Of a stretch of 64,000 bases of DNA, positions 14,201 through 29,200 are shown piece after piece (the stretch's first letter is position 1; each line of letters opens with the position of its first letter). A program made the position numbers and the translations under genes. Source of the stretch: Phoronis australis (taxonomy: Eukaryota > Animalia > Phoronida); contig NMRA01000979.1 of the NCBI GenBank assembly GCA_002633005.1, forward strand, positions 1 through 64,000, read 5' to 3'. A model generated the notes under the pieces. It ran no database searches. It was not told the origin of the DNA and saw nothing but the letters and a program-made list of their open reading frames with translations.

Positions 14201-17200
14201 ATATCTTTGAACACATGTTGATATGTAGTTCTTTGTTAGCCGAATCTAGGACGGGACGGTTTCGACATTAGATGATCGACTTACGATCAGCGTACGAGAA
14301 CAGATAATCGCGAAGTTGGATAGCTTAATGGAATATCACGCTCGTTATCATAATTTACTTCAAAACCAAGGGCTTTACTTTACATAAATACAACTATTCA
14401 TGGATCTGCAGCGCGTTTTCACCAGCTATTTTAGATTTTTCTTCTTTGACGATGACAAATGTTTTCTGATCGGAGATCTAGGAATATTTAATGTGTGTTA
14501 CGTACTCATGAACTTATGACCGCTTCAAGTTGTTTTCGCAATGAATATTGAACAGTCGCTACATCGTGTGCCTGTACAAGAGCGTGTGTTGTCCCGAGCT
14601 CACCAGAGGACTACGAGAAAACTGCAATGCACCAAAGCACGTGCAGTGTTCAGTAGCTATTGTGAATATCCTTAACCGTAAAAGTGGCATCTCACGGACT
14701 AACAAACCAATAGCACATAAGCCCAATGCCTCGTTGTTCTCTCAGCATACAAGCAAACAAGGATTTTAGTGACCGGATATACACCCGAGGTACAGGTGTT
14801 AAATATCACCAGTTATTAAGAAAGACATTTTATAAACCAAAAGGATAAAGACAAATTTACTTCTTAATAATCTTAAATTCCATCTTTAAGCAAAAAGTAA
14901 ATTTTCGGTGGTTGTGTAATCGCTGACTTGTACCAAATATTGTATGAAAAACTGTATTCCATGTGATATGGACGCACTTGTAATGCCACCGAGAAAAATG
15001 AACAAAGAGTTGCGTAGTTCTGCCTTTTGAACTGACGTTTAATGCATTGTTAAAACAACAAACACCATTTGTGACCTAGTTTCACAATAAGATTGTTTGA
15101 AGGTAAAAACATCACTCTTGATATGTATTAAAAATGTACCTGAAATTCTTTTTGAAGAATATATTTCTCTTCTTTGAACAGCACGGAAAGAGTTTTCTCA
15201 AAATCTTTTGATGGTATGAACGTGTCACCGCAGTGAATGTTTTCAACCATGGCAGAATGGATGAATTGATATTGAGCCTGTAAAAGAAAAACATGAGGTG
15301 GCAGCGTATTTTAATCTAGATGCTAATTCTGGAAAACTGAAGTGGTAGAATGGGTGCAGTCAAAAGTGGTTCATCAAAGTGAACAGTTTCTTTGGCAGTC
15401 ATGTGAACTGTCCTTGTCATTTGCTTCTCACTTGCTTGTATTAGTATAAAGGCAAACGACACGTACAAGTATATCGAAGTTGCCCTGACCGTAAGAGTAA
15501 CTAACATTTCATACCAAGTAAGATTGTTATCATCTTCGCTAATCCAACTGAAGGTATTACAAAAGCAATACATCTAGAGTGGCACCATTCTATTTCGACA
15601 GGAATCGATTTGTCCACGAATAATTAAAAAAAAATGTTTGACATGGTATTTACAAAGTGATATTACTTTCGGCTTTGCGAACGGAGAATTCGAATCCAAT
15701 TGTATAAGCACAACGGAAGTTATTTATAATATAACACACTTACGGCAGTCTGCACCATGTTAACTCTCTGTTGTCGCAGCAAGTGCACTTGTCCCAGAAT
15801 GTCCACGACATTCTCATTTCTCACTTGTTCACTTAATATATCCATCATGATGAATGTGCCAGTCCTGCCTACGCCAGCACTTAAAGTTAACACGATTTAA
15901 TGATTATAGGACAATAAGGATGGAAAGGGAACATGAGTTATCTCTTTTCGTTCAGCTTGTGATGTGCGTTAATTACACAACGGGACAGAGTGGTAGGAGT
16001 CTAAGACCTCAAATTTGTCACAGTCTCTGATTTTGCCTCGTTTTCCAACATTTTTCTGTTTTCTGTCAGGCGTCAAATGCATAATACCAAGTCATTATTT
16101 CAAGACATGCACATTAGAGTACGACATCTGAAATTACTTCAAAACAAGCAACCAGGTGGACGTTGTAGACCAAAGAATTAATATTCAACAGACCTTGGAG
16201 TAATGAATCAAGTCAACAAACCTGCAGTGGATGATCGTCGGGTTGTTATCTCCATCACGTGCAATACGTCCCTTGACGACACGGTAGAATTGCCAGAGAG
16301 CTGACGAGCTATTTGGAACATCATGATCCGGCCACGACGTGAAGTGGTAGTGAACCAGTTCTCTTGATTGGTGTTGTTTTGGCTGTTGGAAACACGGGAA
16401 AACAGTCCAAATTTCTTTATTGCGTTTCACATTTTTATTAGTAAGTAGAAAACCTGCCTTTCTGTATTTGATTGACGCATCTGGTCATGGTGAACCTGTG
16501 ACGTAACCAGGTGACAAGCGTGACGGTCACTTCATCACGAACCAAAGGCGATTATTCACAACGAAGTACATGTACCGTATGCGATCGCATTGTATGGGAT
16601 GTTTTGACATCTATTTAAATAAACAGCGAAAATTTTGTTTTCTAAGAATTTTCACATTAAGGTACTTGAATACAACATCAGTATTCATTAAATGTCAATC
16701 GATCACATTTACTGGTTCATATAGATACATAAGTGTTTTTACGATTCAAGGCGTTTCCCTTTCGCAAATAAAGATTCTTCTGAGATTATGTACTTGTTAT
16801 TGGTTGTATAATCAAAATGACACTTAATCGTATTTGGTGGCTTTACCGAAAATTGCTTCCACTACAGTACCCTTACCGCTGTAAAAGTAGTACATCCCGG
16901 AAAGATAAAATCATTGTTTACCTAAAAATATCACTGTGTGACAAAATGTCTCGGTGGTTTGTGCAACCCCTTCTTACATTCGTCCACGGACTCGCCCGAT
17001 GCGTTAAACACAGTAGTTGCCGATAAAGCATATTTTGTAAGAAGTTGTCGAACCCTGATGAAGCTTTTAGGGAATAGCAAGAGCCTACAAATCATTGTTC
17101 TGTTTTGAAGACTTTACTTAACATTTAATATCGGTTAACATTTAAAATCCGGGTTAAGTTACATGTAAGTGCCAGTCTGTATATACGTGTGGGTGCGTGG

Positions 17201-17260
<60 letters not shown>

Positions 17261-20200
17261 NAATGAATATGAAAAGTGATCGCCAAGTGTTTTGTCGTTT
17301 CTTTTTCATTTACGTTGAACTCTGTGCATTTACTAACAGAAAACCAAATGACAAACCATAACAAAGTGACCAACACATGTGACCTGCTGTCGTAATGCGT
17401 CCAGTCACGAGAATGCAGCCTGACCTCTCACCAGATGTTTTGTACTTTCCGATATCAATTGTCGAAAATTGAACTCTTCAATTTACAGATATTGCAAACA
17501 TGAAATAAAAGAAATCATTTACACACTAACTTTTACACACACAGTATCTCTCTCATCAATTCATCTGTATCCATATTGATTCCATTTCTCATAATGGAAT
17601 TTTTTGTAAGATGAATTCGCTCAAAGGAGATCGCCGTTCCTTAGGCACGACCCAGCTGCATATGAGGTAACTAACCCCAGAAATAGCAAAACTCATGTGT
17701 TCGAACGAAACCAGGTTCCCGGGTCTTTCATGCTTGTATTTGAAACGAACACGAAATTATTTTGGCAATTTCTCTGCTCCATTTGTGCGAACTCAAGATA
17801 AGTAGTAATCAGACTGTGTTCAAATGCATTATACTGTAGTTTATGCATTTGGGTTTCTAGTTCAAGTTTGCACTTGAAAACCCTTATATTCGTGCTACAA
17901 AGTCAAGTAGAAACAAAAAAATTGGAGTTCCAACTGGAACTTTTAGCCTTAATGTTGGGTGTATCAACCGCAAATTAGGACTAATGAATTATTCACGTAA
18001 GTCATTATGTACTCAACCATAGAATAATAGACACTTACTTTGAATTCCCAAAAAGAAGAGTAGAAAATGCCACAGTTTATTTAATATAATTTTGAGAACC
18101 AATTCGAGTAAAACGTTTAGAGACCGAGCCCAAAGAAATGCAAGAAAACGTGTACTCACAGTGGTTACCTTGAGTACTTCAAAAGTTCTTGTAATGTAAT
18201 CGGGTTTCGTCTCCTTGCTAGTGAGCGTGACGTTGATGTGGCCGTATCTTTCCACCTCATGCGAGTCTGGCCAGTACTCTTCGCATTTTCGCTATAAAAA
18301 TGGTAGAAGGCAAGTACGTACATTTATATATTTATTTATTCATGTATGCATGCATGTGTGTGCGCGCACCTGTGTGTGTGCATGTTTGTGTATTTGTTTT
18401 AAAACGCATAATTCTATTGGACATCTGATTCTCCAATAGGTGGAGCCTGAAGTTGCATCACTGAGACATGCAGTGCTCACCTTCCCGTTTTCGACAGGTT
18501 TGGTCAACATAACTATCCTGGTTACGTTTTCTTGCCACACCATTCGCCAAAAGTCTTTTACAGAGTGAGTATTCGGGCCTAGAAAAAAGACCAACTTAGC
18601 TCAAACCTCTTTCCAATTCAAAGTAACAGAAACTGAATTTTTAGATTAAAGAGAATAAAGTGGTACTGTTTTGAAAATCTGGGGAGAAAATTTGGAACAC
18701 TTCTGCATAGAACATGTTCACGTCTTTTAGAGTAAGGCAGTAAAGGGTTTACCCGTGTGCTGTTGCTTAACATATTCAGGCCTCACCCATTGCAGCAATG
18801 AAGGCCCGGGGTTTCTTGTAGCCATTGATGTAGCTCGCATTGATGAAGTCCGAGTCGGGTTTATTCGTTAGATCAGGAAGAACAACACGGTTCTTGTCAT
18901 CTGTGAATTCCAAAAATCAAGTTATGTTTGCCGTGTACAGAAATGCTTAAGCTGCTCTTGTAATAAAATTTCACAAAAGGCGAGCATCCAAAACCGTATC
19001 GTTTTAATAAAATCTACCACAACATCATATATATCACATAACCTGTTAGGTTTCTGGATGATAATCAGGCATTTATATACAGAATGCATTTCATTGACCT
19101 GTTGGATTATTTGCATCATATGAAAACGATTTTAATCAATATGACAAATGGAACCGACGGCATAGCTTGCAACAAAATAAAAAAACAAAAACAATAACAA
19201 AAAAGAGAATTACCTACTGACTCGTAGGCTTCAGGATTACATACCAGTAACTTTACTATAGCCTTTAAATAGCATTTTAATGTTTATTTCAATGAACTCA
19301 TAAATGGCCGATTATGCGCCTTGCAGTTGGACACAACTCTAGTTACTTGGTGTAGAGAGACTGTGTGCTATTTCCACCTACAGGGTACAATGTTGTTGAA
19401 ACGATTTTTCCTCTTGTTGTCTTCCTTCAAAGCTGCATCTCTCGCGAAAATCAGACCACTAGGTAAATTCTAAAAGGATAACAAATGCGACACCTTTAAA
19501 TTACAGTAAATAGGAAAAATCAGATATCAGTGAATCTACTTTGGGCAAACTCACCTCAGAGTTAGTCAAAGTTACGACATGGAGGTCAGATGCAAAATTG
19601 CGCCAAATCAATGCAAACAACAAGTCATAGTTTTCTGTTGTTTACTGCTAGAACAAGTTTATCGGTGATAATATTTACTTCTTGCGTATAAAACGTGATT
19701 AATGGAAACTATAAGTCATACCCTGTATTCCTCATCGAGATTGTCTTCGCTCTGTCTTCTGGCTACATACGAATCTAATTCATCGATAGGTATTGGTTTA
19801 CTGACGTTGGAGTACACCGGCTCAGCGGGTGGGGGTGCAGTGCCCTTTGGTTTAGTTTGGGGTACTGACTTCTCCTTGGGTCTGGAAGGCTCACCTTGGG
19901 AAGTGTCCCGCAGATCTTTGAACGCGTCTAGTTGGAGGGACAAAACGAACATTTGTACCTGGGTTTTATATATCCCACTTCAACTTTGTAGGAGTTACGT
20001 CTTGTTAACCCTACCGTAGTTTTAAACATCATATAGGACCAAAGCCAACAAATCGCCACACTACACTTTCAATATACCTATGTAAATCGTAAACTGGCAT
20101 GGAAATGCAGGTGTAACTCGTTTTAAGACTTGTCACCCCGTTACCTATTGGCCACACCACGTGACCGGTGGTCCCGATGGCTCAATGGACTAGAGGGTGT

Positions 20201-23200
20201 ACACGGTTAGCAGATGGCAACGGGTTCAAGTCCCGGTTGAGGCAGAAATCTTTTCAGACTTATTTTCATTAGGTCACGTGATGTGGCTAACAGGTGGCAT
20301 GCTGACCAGACTAAAAATGTTTGCTATTACCTTTTAATTTCCCATTAGGGGTACTTCGTTTACTGAAGCTTCGCCGAAGCTTTGCTTATTTACCTTTCCA
20401 AGTTAATAGCGATATCGAAGTTATCAATGACAACAGATGGCGTAGATCATTCGTATTCTCAGAGGAATATCGAGTGGTAGGTTCGAGGCTGACTGAAAAT
20501 TATTCTTCTGCCATTTACAAGTGTTCTTGACAAAGATCAGTGTCATTTTTCATCAAATATGATTATTTCTTTTTTTATTATTCTACGTCTATTGAGAATA
20601 CGTCAGCTACGCTACAATAACAAGGAAAACGTTTTTCGAGTCTCTCGTGTTCTTACATCGTTGCCACGACCTCTACCGATAACCTGAACGAAGCTTCGCT
20701 TTTAAATCCTATTACTTTAAGCGAAGTTTTACTTACAGATTAACTCACGGAGTTAACCTTTCCCATTTACCCAAACTTTGGTAAACGTGAACTTTGGCCT
20801 CTAATTGGAAAGCTACTTACAGTGTAAGTGAACTAAGTTTTAGTCATGCGGAGACTACTTGATCCCTTGCTCACAAGCCAAGAGCGGAATTTCTATTATG
20901 TGATATGTCACGCAGCGATTTGGTAGTGATCACAACAACGATGATATTAATGCTATTTAGGACCTTTATGAACGACCTCAACTCTAAGTCAAACATCGAA
21001 AATACTATGCCTTTTCAACCATTAAAAGAATATATGTTCGGAAAGGAGAAACATGGTTTTGAGACATAACGTAAAGTTTTCATTTAAAAATGTTTAATTA
21101 AAGTCGGTTGGGGTTATTTTGTTAGGATTGTACATTTCTTGTACAACTTAAATGTGGTTACGTGACAATAATAAAGACACAACAGTAAGAAGCATGTATA
21201 CTTTTAATGATTGGCAAAGATAGTTTTTCGATCTTTGACTTAGAGTTGAGATCGTGTATATAACCTTATGCAAAATATGATTTTAAGCATCCACTTACGG
21301 GAACTAGATCCTTCATTTGTAGATATATCATGCATCGGCAGTTGATCTGATGATGAAGGGTTCTTGGACGCTTGTCGTCGTCTCCTACAGGTTGATGGTA
21401 CTGAATTGTAAACAACACAGAACACACTCATGCACGCAAGCACCCACGCACGAACGCACGCACACAGCATCTTCTAACGAGGTTTATTCATAACGTTTAA
21501 TACATGATGCGTCATTAGCTTTTTCCATCAACATTTGCAATACATGTATATTCAGTACTTTTAGAATGTCCACATAATCTATCCAATCACGTGTGAACAC
21601 ATGACAGGGTACCATTGCAGCTTCAGGTTCGTATGATCAGATTTTCCAATATATCAAAATTATTCTATTCACACATCAAAATATATGTTGTTGAACAATT
21701 TCCAGGATTTTTGAAGATAATGTCTGCCCAGAGAAGCAAGTTAAGTTTGGTGCCAGTAATAATTGCTATCTGCAGTTACTGTCATCGTCACCATGACCAT
21801 TATTATTATTATTATAATCATCACCATTACTATTTCTAATAGCACTATAGACGAATACACTAAAATATTCTTCCACTTATGTTATTGCTCACCTATAAAA
21901 CACCAAGCCTATGATGACCAACACCAAAAGTACTGCAACAAATGAACCTATGCCAGCTCCTATCACGGTGTCTTTGCGCTCCTTTTTCCAGTTCCTTACT
22001 GAAAACACGTTTTGTAAAACTTAGTGATAGGAAGCCGTGAAAGTAACAGTAAATGTCAGTGACAATAAGAACAACTGAAGACATTTATTAACTACAGATA
22101 AAATTCCAATAGACAATAAAAAAGAGACAGTAGCAGCAGCGGCGGCTATGGCAGAAGAAGGCAGAACCAGACTTGCGTACCCAGCATTCTTTCAAGTCAT
22201 GTGCGAGTACCAGCGAAACATTCAGCTGCACTACAGGTTGAAGAATTTAGAGTCCCCTGATACGACGTAAAATGTAACAATTTCGTAAAATGTAACAACT
22301 GTTGAATTTTAGGAGAGGTTTAGCAACGTAAAATGTAACAATGATGTAATAAAAAAATGTTACATTTTACGGCGTATCAGTGCCCCATTAAATGTTCTTT
22401 AAATGATGTCAGTCGGGAGCATTAGAGAATACATCACTACCTTGGTGAGTTTCTGCTTCAGCCATGTCTTCAAACTGTAGGTACTGGTAATGCTCTTTCC
22501 TTTCCTGTCACGATTGAGGAGAATTGTTAGGCTGGATGACTCGATATTCATAACGTGACGAAGACATGAACAGATCAAGAGCGGAAAGCATCTCACCAGT
22601 GTGATAGCATTGTTGGCTTAAAATGGTTGCCATTTAAATAGATTTGTTTCACCAACACTACCATTACGCGCTCTTAATGTTTACACAGGAGGTCCATTCC
22701 TAGTCACTCACTAAGTTAACTCAGCGTACTTGAAGTAACTGCGTTGCAAACGGAGGTACACTAGAATACCTGAAAACTACTTGAAAAACACATCAAAAAC
22801 TACACACTTTCAACAATACGTGGTTCCAACTCTCTTTGAATATAAATAGAAGAGCATAAAAATTCGTTTACTAGTCTGACAATTGACTGTCTAGAACCGC
22901 AAGGTTAAATTTGTAAAAGCGGTATTAAGCGGGTACAAACACGGCTTCTGTTACAAAAAGGAGTTTAGATTGACACAACTTTACGTAATGGAATTGTTCT
23001 CAATTTTTTTCTTATTCATACATACGAGATTGATTTATTGGCTTCAAGAGAACAAATGGCTCAAGGTTTGTTTTTGCTTGATACCAGACTTCACAAAATC
23101 CTTATCAATGTGCGTCATTTTATTCACCAAGCAGGGTCTAGAATGAAAATGAGCAATATGGTGAACATTTAGGGTATGAAGTTAAGGTCCTATTTGAAAA

Positions 23201-26200
23201 TGTTTCATGCAACGAGGCACAAGGGACTCAACTCACTGATGTACATGAAGGAGGAATTGTCGAACGGTATTAGTCAACCGTAATTTAAGACGACTTACAT
23301 TCACTACGTCATTTTCCATGACGATACCAAATATGAATCGATACCAATCTCCAGTTACCAGCTGTCCATTTAGGAATCCACCATAATGCTTCCCGTCTCC
23401 AATCACAAATATTTGTTCGTTGGCTACAGTCGTAAAGTTTGCTGTGATGTACAGGTCTGCTGTACCACCCGAATACCCATGCAAAGATTTGCTGTCTAAG
23501 TCGATGTAGCTTCGTCGACTCTTAGATGACTGCTTCGCTCTTTCGACAACAACGAGATAGAACCTATAAAAGCATAAGCCTATCCTTAGGATTTAGAACA
23601 CAACACAAAAATAGAAGTGCGTATGAATTACATCTGAATAATGAAAAAAACGTGCATTTCCGGCGGATTACTATTGTTTAATTTGATCTTACGTTCCACT
23701 CAACTATTTCTGAAAAATGTTTTAAATCTCAGTGTAGCAGTAGTACAACGCTTCAGATAACTTATCCACTTAATGGCTAGTTAGTGAGTTATTCGGTGTA
23801 TTCTATTTATAACCTGTCACGTGATCATAATTACATAACTAAGCCTTGATTCAGTAACTTAAAGTGGCAACGTAACATTCACTTTCTAACTTAAATCTTT
23901 TAAGATTTAACTGACTTAAAAAGTCAGTTTTTGTGAAACCTACGCCAGGAGGGATATAAAGTCTATGAACACAATCGTGTCCACATAGTCTAAATGACTG
24001 TTGCTCACTTAATGTTGTCTTTATTTGGGTAACCTCTTGGAGGAGACAAGACCACCTTCACGCTGTGCTCTGTCATGTCCTCCTTTTTGATGACTGGCAT
24101 GAGAATCTTTGGAACGTCTACAAAGACAAGAAGAAGTGATAAATACTGGGAATTAGTGAACACGTGAATAACTAATGTAGGCCTACGTATGTAACACTTT
24201 CATGAATAGAAACTGTTCACTTGCGAGCATTGCAGAAACCATATACTTACGCATGGGTTTCCTGAATTAAATGCCAGGTCATATAAAAGAAGGCACAAAG
24301 AATACTGTAGCCAATGATCAGCTCAAAAAGCGCTGAAGCTACATCGGAAATGTTTCACAATTTTGTGCACGTAAATCAGAAGAATGAGGGAAACACTTGT
24401 TGAGTGTGCCAGTAGTAGCCACATCGAATTCCCTTAGGTATTTTGGAAAAAAAGAACGATCTTACCTGATTATTTTTGCGTTTTATTACCTTTACCTAAC
24501 AACGACGAATCAAACCACTTGTTATCTTGAACTCTCAGGCTTTGACTAATGACGTCATATTATAATTAGCAGTGACCTGAATGTCACCCAATGAGCGAAG
24601 TGAAAGCTTTAGTCCACGAGTTGACCGCTATGTGGAAAATGCAAAATGGCTGAGTGGCAAGCGATAACTAAAACGACGTGTCTTCGAGTGAAAAAGTTCT
24701 TTTGAAGGGTTTGATTTGCAGGAGGTTGCACCCGCCTTATTATTTTTGCAGATAGATGCTCTCACACGATTGTGATTTCGAATTGTTTAGGTTGACATTT
24801 GACGAGCAATTCGCGTGTGATAGGTATGACAGCAAATTGTACACTATCAATGTACAGATTTCCGGTTTAGCGACTAAGCAGACTGCGAAGCTTCGGACAA
24901 TTATTGCCTTAGTGAACGGTAATGGGTGTGGACAGACATTTCTGACATAATGATACATTTTTGCTTTACCTGGCAGTGCTGTCCAGCACGTTATCTTGGC
25001 GGACGATCCCTCTCCAGCCGATGTTCGGGCAGACACGTGAATTTCATAAGGTGTGCCAGCAACAAGATTCGACAATACCGAGCTAAGGTTGTAGGTTTTC
25101 GCACTCTTTTGCTGTGGCCATTTTATCTGAAAGTTGAATTCCGTGAGTGTGAAATATTTTTCCAGAAACAGGAACCAAATTCTTGCCTATGTCTTTTTTT
25201 CGGCTTGAGCTGGGGAGCCGAAGCTTTGCATAAAACTTCAGAATTTTCCTACCAGCAAATGCTGGAGTAGGCGCTGCGCAAAAATTGTTCAACGCTGCAC
25301 ATCAGTATTTTCCGATTGTGCGTCAATTTCTCGCCCGACTGATGTATTCCGCAGGGCCGAGTTTTTTCACTTTGGAGATGTGTATCGAATTCTACTAAGA
25401 TGCCGATTGGGGAATATTCCCAGCGCCTACTATAAACGTGCTTGAATTCACACATGTAAGACCTTGACTCATGTCTGGTCAGCTCAGGAAGGCCATCTTT
25501 ACATACATTATTTAACGCCTCGTCACACTTCACTGGACTATATGTAAATGCAACGAGAGTGGAGAAAAATGCTGTGACGGCGCCGAAAATGTTTGGGCTA
25601 AAATCTTATAATATGAGCACCAGCTGTATTTTTGAGCCGCAAAGTTTGAAATTCCTGCCTCTTTTGGGAAACGTGTTTGAGGCTTGTTTCCAAGAAACAC
25701 AAAATATTAAAATACCCCTTGAAAACGGACACAAATGAAACCAACAACAATATATTTCAAAAAAAAAAAAATAATAAACATCATGTCCATGAATTTAAAC
25801 CGAATGACTATTGTCTGGTCTGCGGAAACTTAAGAGTCAACACATCCAGACGAATGGTGGCTGTCTACGTAGTAGTGGACGCAAGGGATGAGAACACAGA
25901 GACACGTGCATGCACTGAGAATCTTCTCTGTTCTGCCTTTAAAAAAGATTTTTAAAGCTGTACCATTTAAATTCCCATCTTTGAATATTGCGTTAACACA
26001 TTCTTCATCTTCAACACTTCAGCCTAACGCAACCTATCTACGCACAATCAATTAGCCGAATAGCTAATTAGGAGACTTTCATGTTTTACCTTGTAATCTA
26101 GAATGATACCGTTTTTGACTAGAGGCTGAGACCACGTTATTCTGACAGAAGTCTGTTTGAGGGATGTTGAGCAGGTCAGCGAACCGGGTTCACCCGGAGC

Positions 26201-29200
26201 TGCAACAAGAACACATTTTTTTCCAATTGATACATTCACTGGAGGACAATAATAAAATGTTACAAAAGAGTCATTAGCAATTGACTTGATTTGTTGTGAA
26301 TCTAAATTCATTATGAAGAATACACATCATGTATACAGTACAAATAAAAACTAACAGCTCCTTTTCAGATGATACACTCGGTTTTAGCTAGATAAAATTA
26401 GTTTTGCCCAATAGGTTGCGCATGTTGTAACAACATTTTCTGTTGCCCACACTGCAGTTTGAGAAAAGAGCACAATGGTATTAATGTGGTCGATCAGTAT
26501 ATTTTAATCGTATGGAATCAAGATAATGGATAATCGTTGGAACACACCCTGTCACATTTGTTGCAGGTCTACATCTATGAATTCTTACCAGATTCTTGAA
26601 TCCTTTCCTCTACAAAAGGACTCCATTCTCCCCACTTGACAGTTCGGGCTTTAACCTGCAACAGGGTTGACATGGAAACTGTAGTGAACGCAAACGAGAA
26701 CTGCTCCGAAGTGGGGAGACTACACCTAAGGTGGTCTCAGGTGGCATAATTAAATGAAAAAAGTGACGTTAACGTCGTCCCCTATGGCGCGCCGCTCATG
26801 TTTTTTCTTATCATCAACACCCATCGTCATCGTAAACATTTACCGTAAGTGTCGTGTCGCCGGCACCACCATTACCACCGTCATGCTCACAATGTCTTGA
26901 CTTATGCATGTATTACATGCGTGGCATACGCGTATGCTATACTTACCCGAAAGTTGTAGTTTACATATGGTCGAAGACTAGGAAGCGTAATTGTTGTACA
27001 GTTTTCGCAGGTTGAACTCCCTTGATGAGTTGAGTTATCCGACAGCCCAAGTAAAGCACGGTCGGTTTTGTTACTGATCTCGTAGGAAACAAGGTATCCA
27101 GTGACTTTTCCTCGGGGTGGACACGGTGCATTCCAGGAAAGTTTAACTGCTTCGGGATTGCTGTCCACCACAGAGAGATTGGTCGGCGCTATCGGTGCTG
27201 TAGTGACATAACAGAAAGTACCATGTTCTTACGTGCTATAGTATTTTCAGAAAAAGAGCACTGCGATTATCTGTACGACTTAGGGGTCGCAGACCAATCA
27301 GGTGTTTAACAAGAGTTGTAGTAAATTGGTGGGAATTAATCGCATAGTGCTTCAACTATAGTACGAGATGAATTCTCCCTTCCAACATATCTATGTCAAC
27401 GCTTTCCGAAATACAACCAAGAGCACGACGTAGCCAATGTTAGGATTGTTGCAGTCAGAAACCGGTGTTACCTACCAGTGCTGGCTTTAATCTACATGTA
27501 TGCTTTGTCAAGTAACGGGTTTCAAAGAAATCTGAATTGTTCTACCTTCACAGCTGCTATGGAGCTTACCTGGATCGTAAAATGATCATTCACTGATCTA
27601 CTCACTTGTGAGTTGCCAATCACAAAATTTGGAATCCCAATTTAAAAAATTGTCATTAAAAAGTCAATTTTCAAAACGACCACGTTTCAACTTCAGCAAA
27701 TTGAAACCTTTGGAGACTACACTAGTTTTAAACAGGTCAGTAGGTGAGTTGAAACTGGCTAAATGTGTTTTTTACTTTTGACGTCGTTTCTCAAATCGTG
27801 TCATCAACTTTTTGATAGAAGACTACCAATGATAAAACGTCCTGAGGAACAAAAGATTTGTGTGTTGGTTTGAGCAATGCAACTATCCACGATAAGGCTT
27901 TGATTTCAATTACACATTGTGGGGAAATTTGTGTTCCAAGGGGTAACTACCTACTCTAAAGTATCTGCCAATAGTTAATTACAATCAAGTTGTGTTTGTA
28001 GATTGTCGCAGCCGAAAGTGATACGCTAGATCGTGTATGGTAGTCGGAAAATGTGAGGACGATAACATGTTTCGTCAAAGCATGGGGGCTAGCACTGGCT
28101 TGTCTCGTTTGTCGCAAAATATATGTAAAACACAACAGTAGAAATTTACACATAATATTAAATATTGACATTAAGTACGCTTAGAATAATTTGATGAACT
28201 TCGACCTCTTAACAGCACAAATTGGGCCAACATTGAGTATCAAAAATGCATATTTTCTTTTAAACCCTCAAAAGTACCAGGTTAAAGAACACAAAGCATT
28301 ATTAATGGAACAAGAAGACGAACTTTTTAAAATAACTTCAAGCAACAGAGCCTTCTAATGGTAGGGCTTTCGGGATAGAGAAGATCCCGAGTCGCACTTC
28401 AAAATATAAAAGTATAAATCTTCGAGCCAACTAACTGTCCAGTTAATCAACTGCCCGTATTCCAACTCACCACTCTGATCTGTCGTAATGTTGATCCAGT
28501 CAGTCCACGGTCCAGCCAACTGTCGCACCGACGCCTGAACTCTGAATGCGTACTCTGTGTACGGCGTCAGGTTTAGGAAAGTGATATCACGACTACCTGT
28601 TTGATTTATGTAGACATTAGCCAAAACGCACGGACCGTTTTCGTTACGTATGCTGTATCTGTAGTTGCTTACATTTCCATTTTGTTTCATACATTCGACT
28701 TCGTCCCATGTAAAGGACAATGACGAGTTCGATTTACTGATCAAACTTGCGTTTCGTGGAGGTGCGAAAGGGGCTGAAAAAAGAACGTACATGAATAGCA
28801 CTGTCACTAAGAGAACTCACCCACTAACAGTATACATTTTACGAACGGTGACAAAACAAGGACCTGCATACACTTGGGAAATTGGACAGATCTATAATAA
28901 AAAAGCCTCGTCAGTGAGATTGTGTTTTTCGGCTCAGAATATTTGGGTTATAGACCATTCATAGAACAGATCCTTACTACAGTAGGAAATTCGTCAAACA
29001 ACCCTAATTCGTCATGCGCGGGACCAACACGAACGTTAGTCCAGATGACATACAGTACTATCAACGTCTCTTCGGGATGCAAACTGTGCTGACCAAAGAC
29101 TTAGATTCCATGTGAACTTACCATTTTCTACACTAAAATATCGGTTACAACCACGCAATGACATTGATACGATTGGCAACTGAAAAGTGCACGAAAATTC

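Noticed and set aside
20170-20243. Functional tRNA gene
   Set aside because: Acceptor and anticodon stems do not pair and there is no clear anticodon; treated as tRNA-derived.
20394-20495. Open exon-like stretch in the juxtamembrane intron
   Set aside because: Not needed for frame and no recognisable homology; cannot be supported without cDNA.
22257-22380. CRISPR-like short repeats
   Set aside because: Eukaryotic intron, irregular spacing and an inverted terminal copy indicate a fold-back element.
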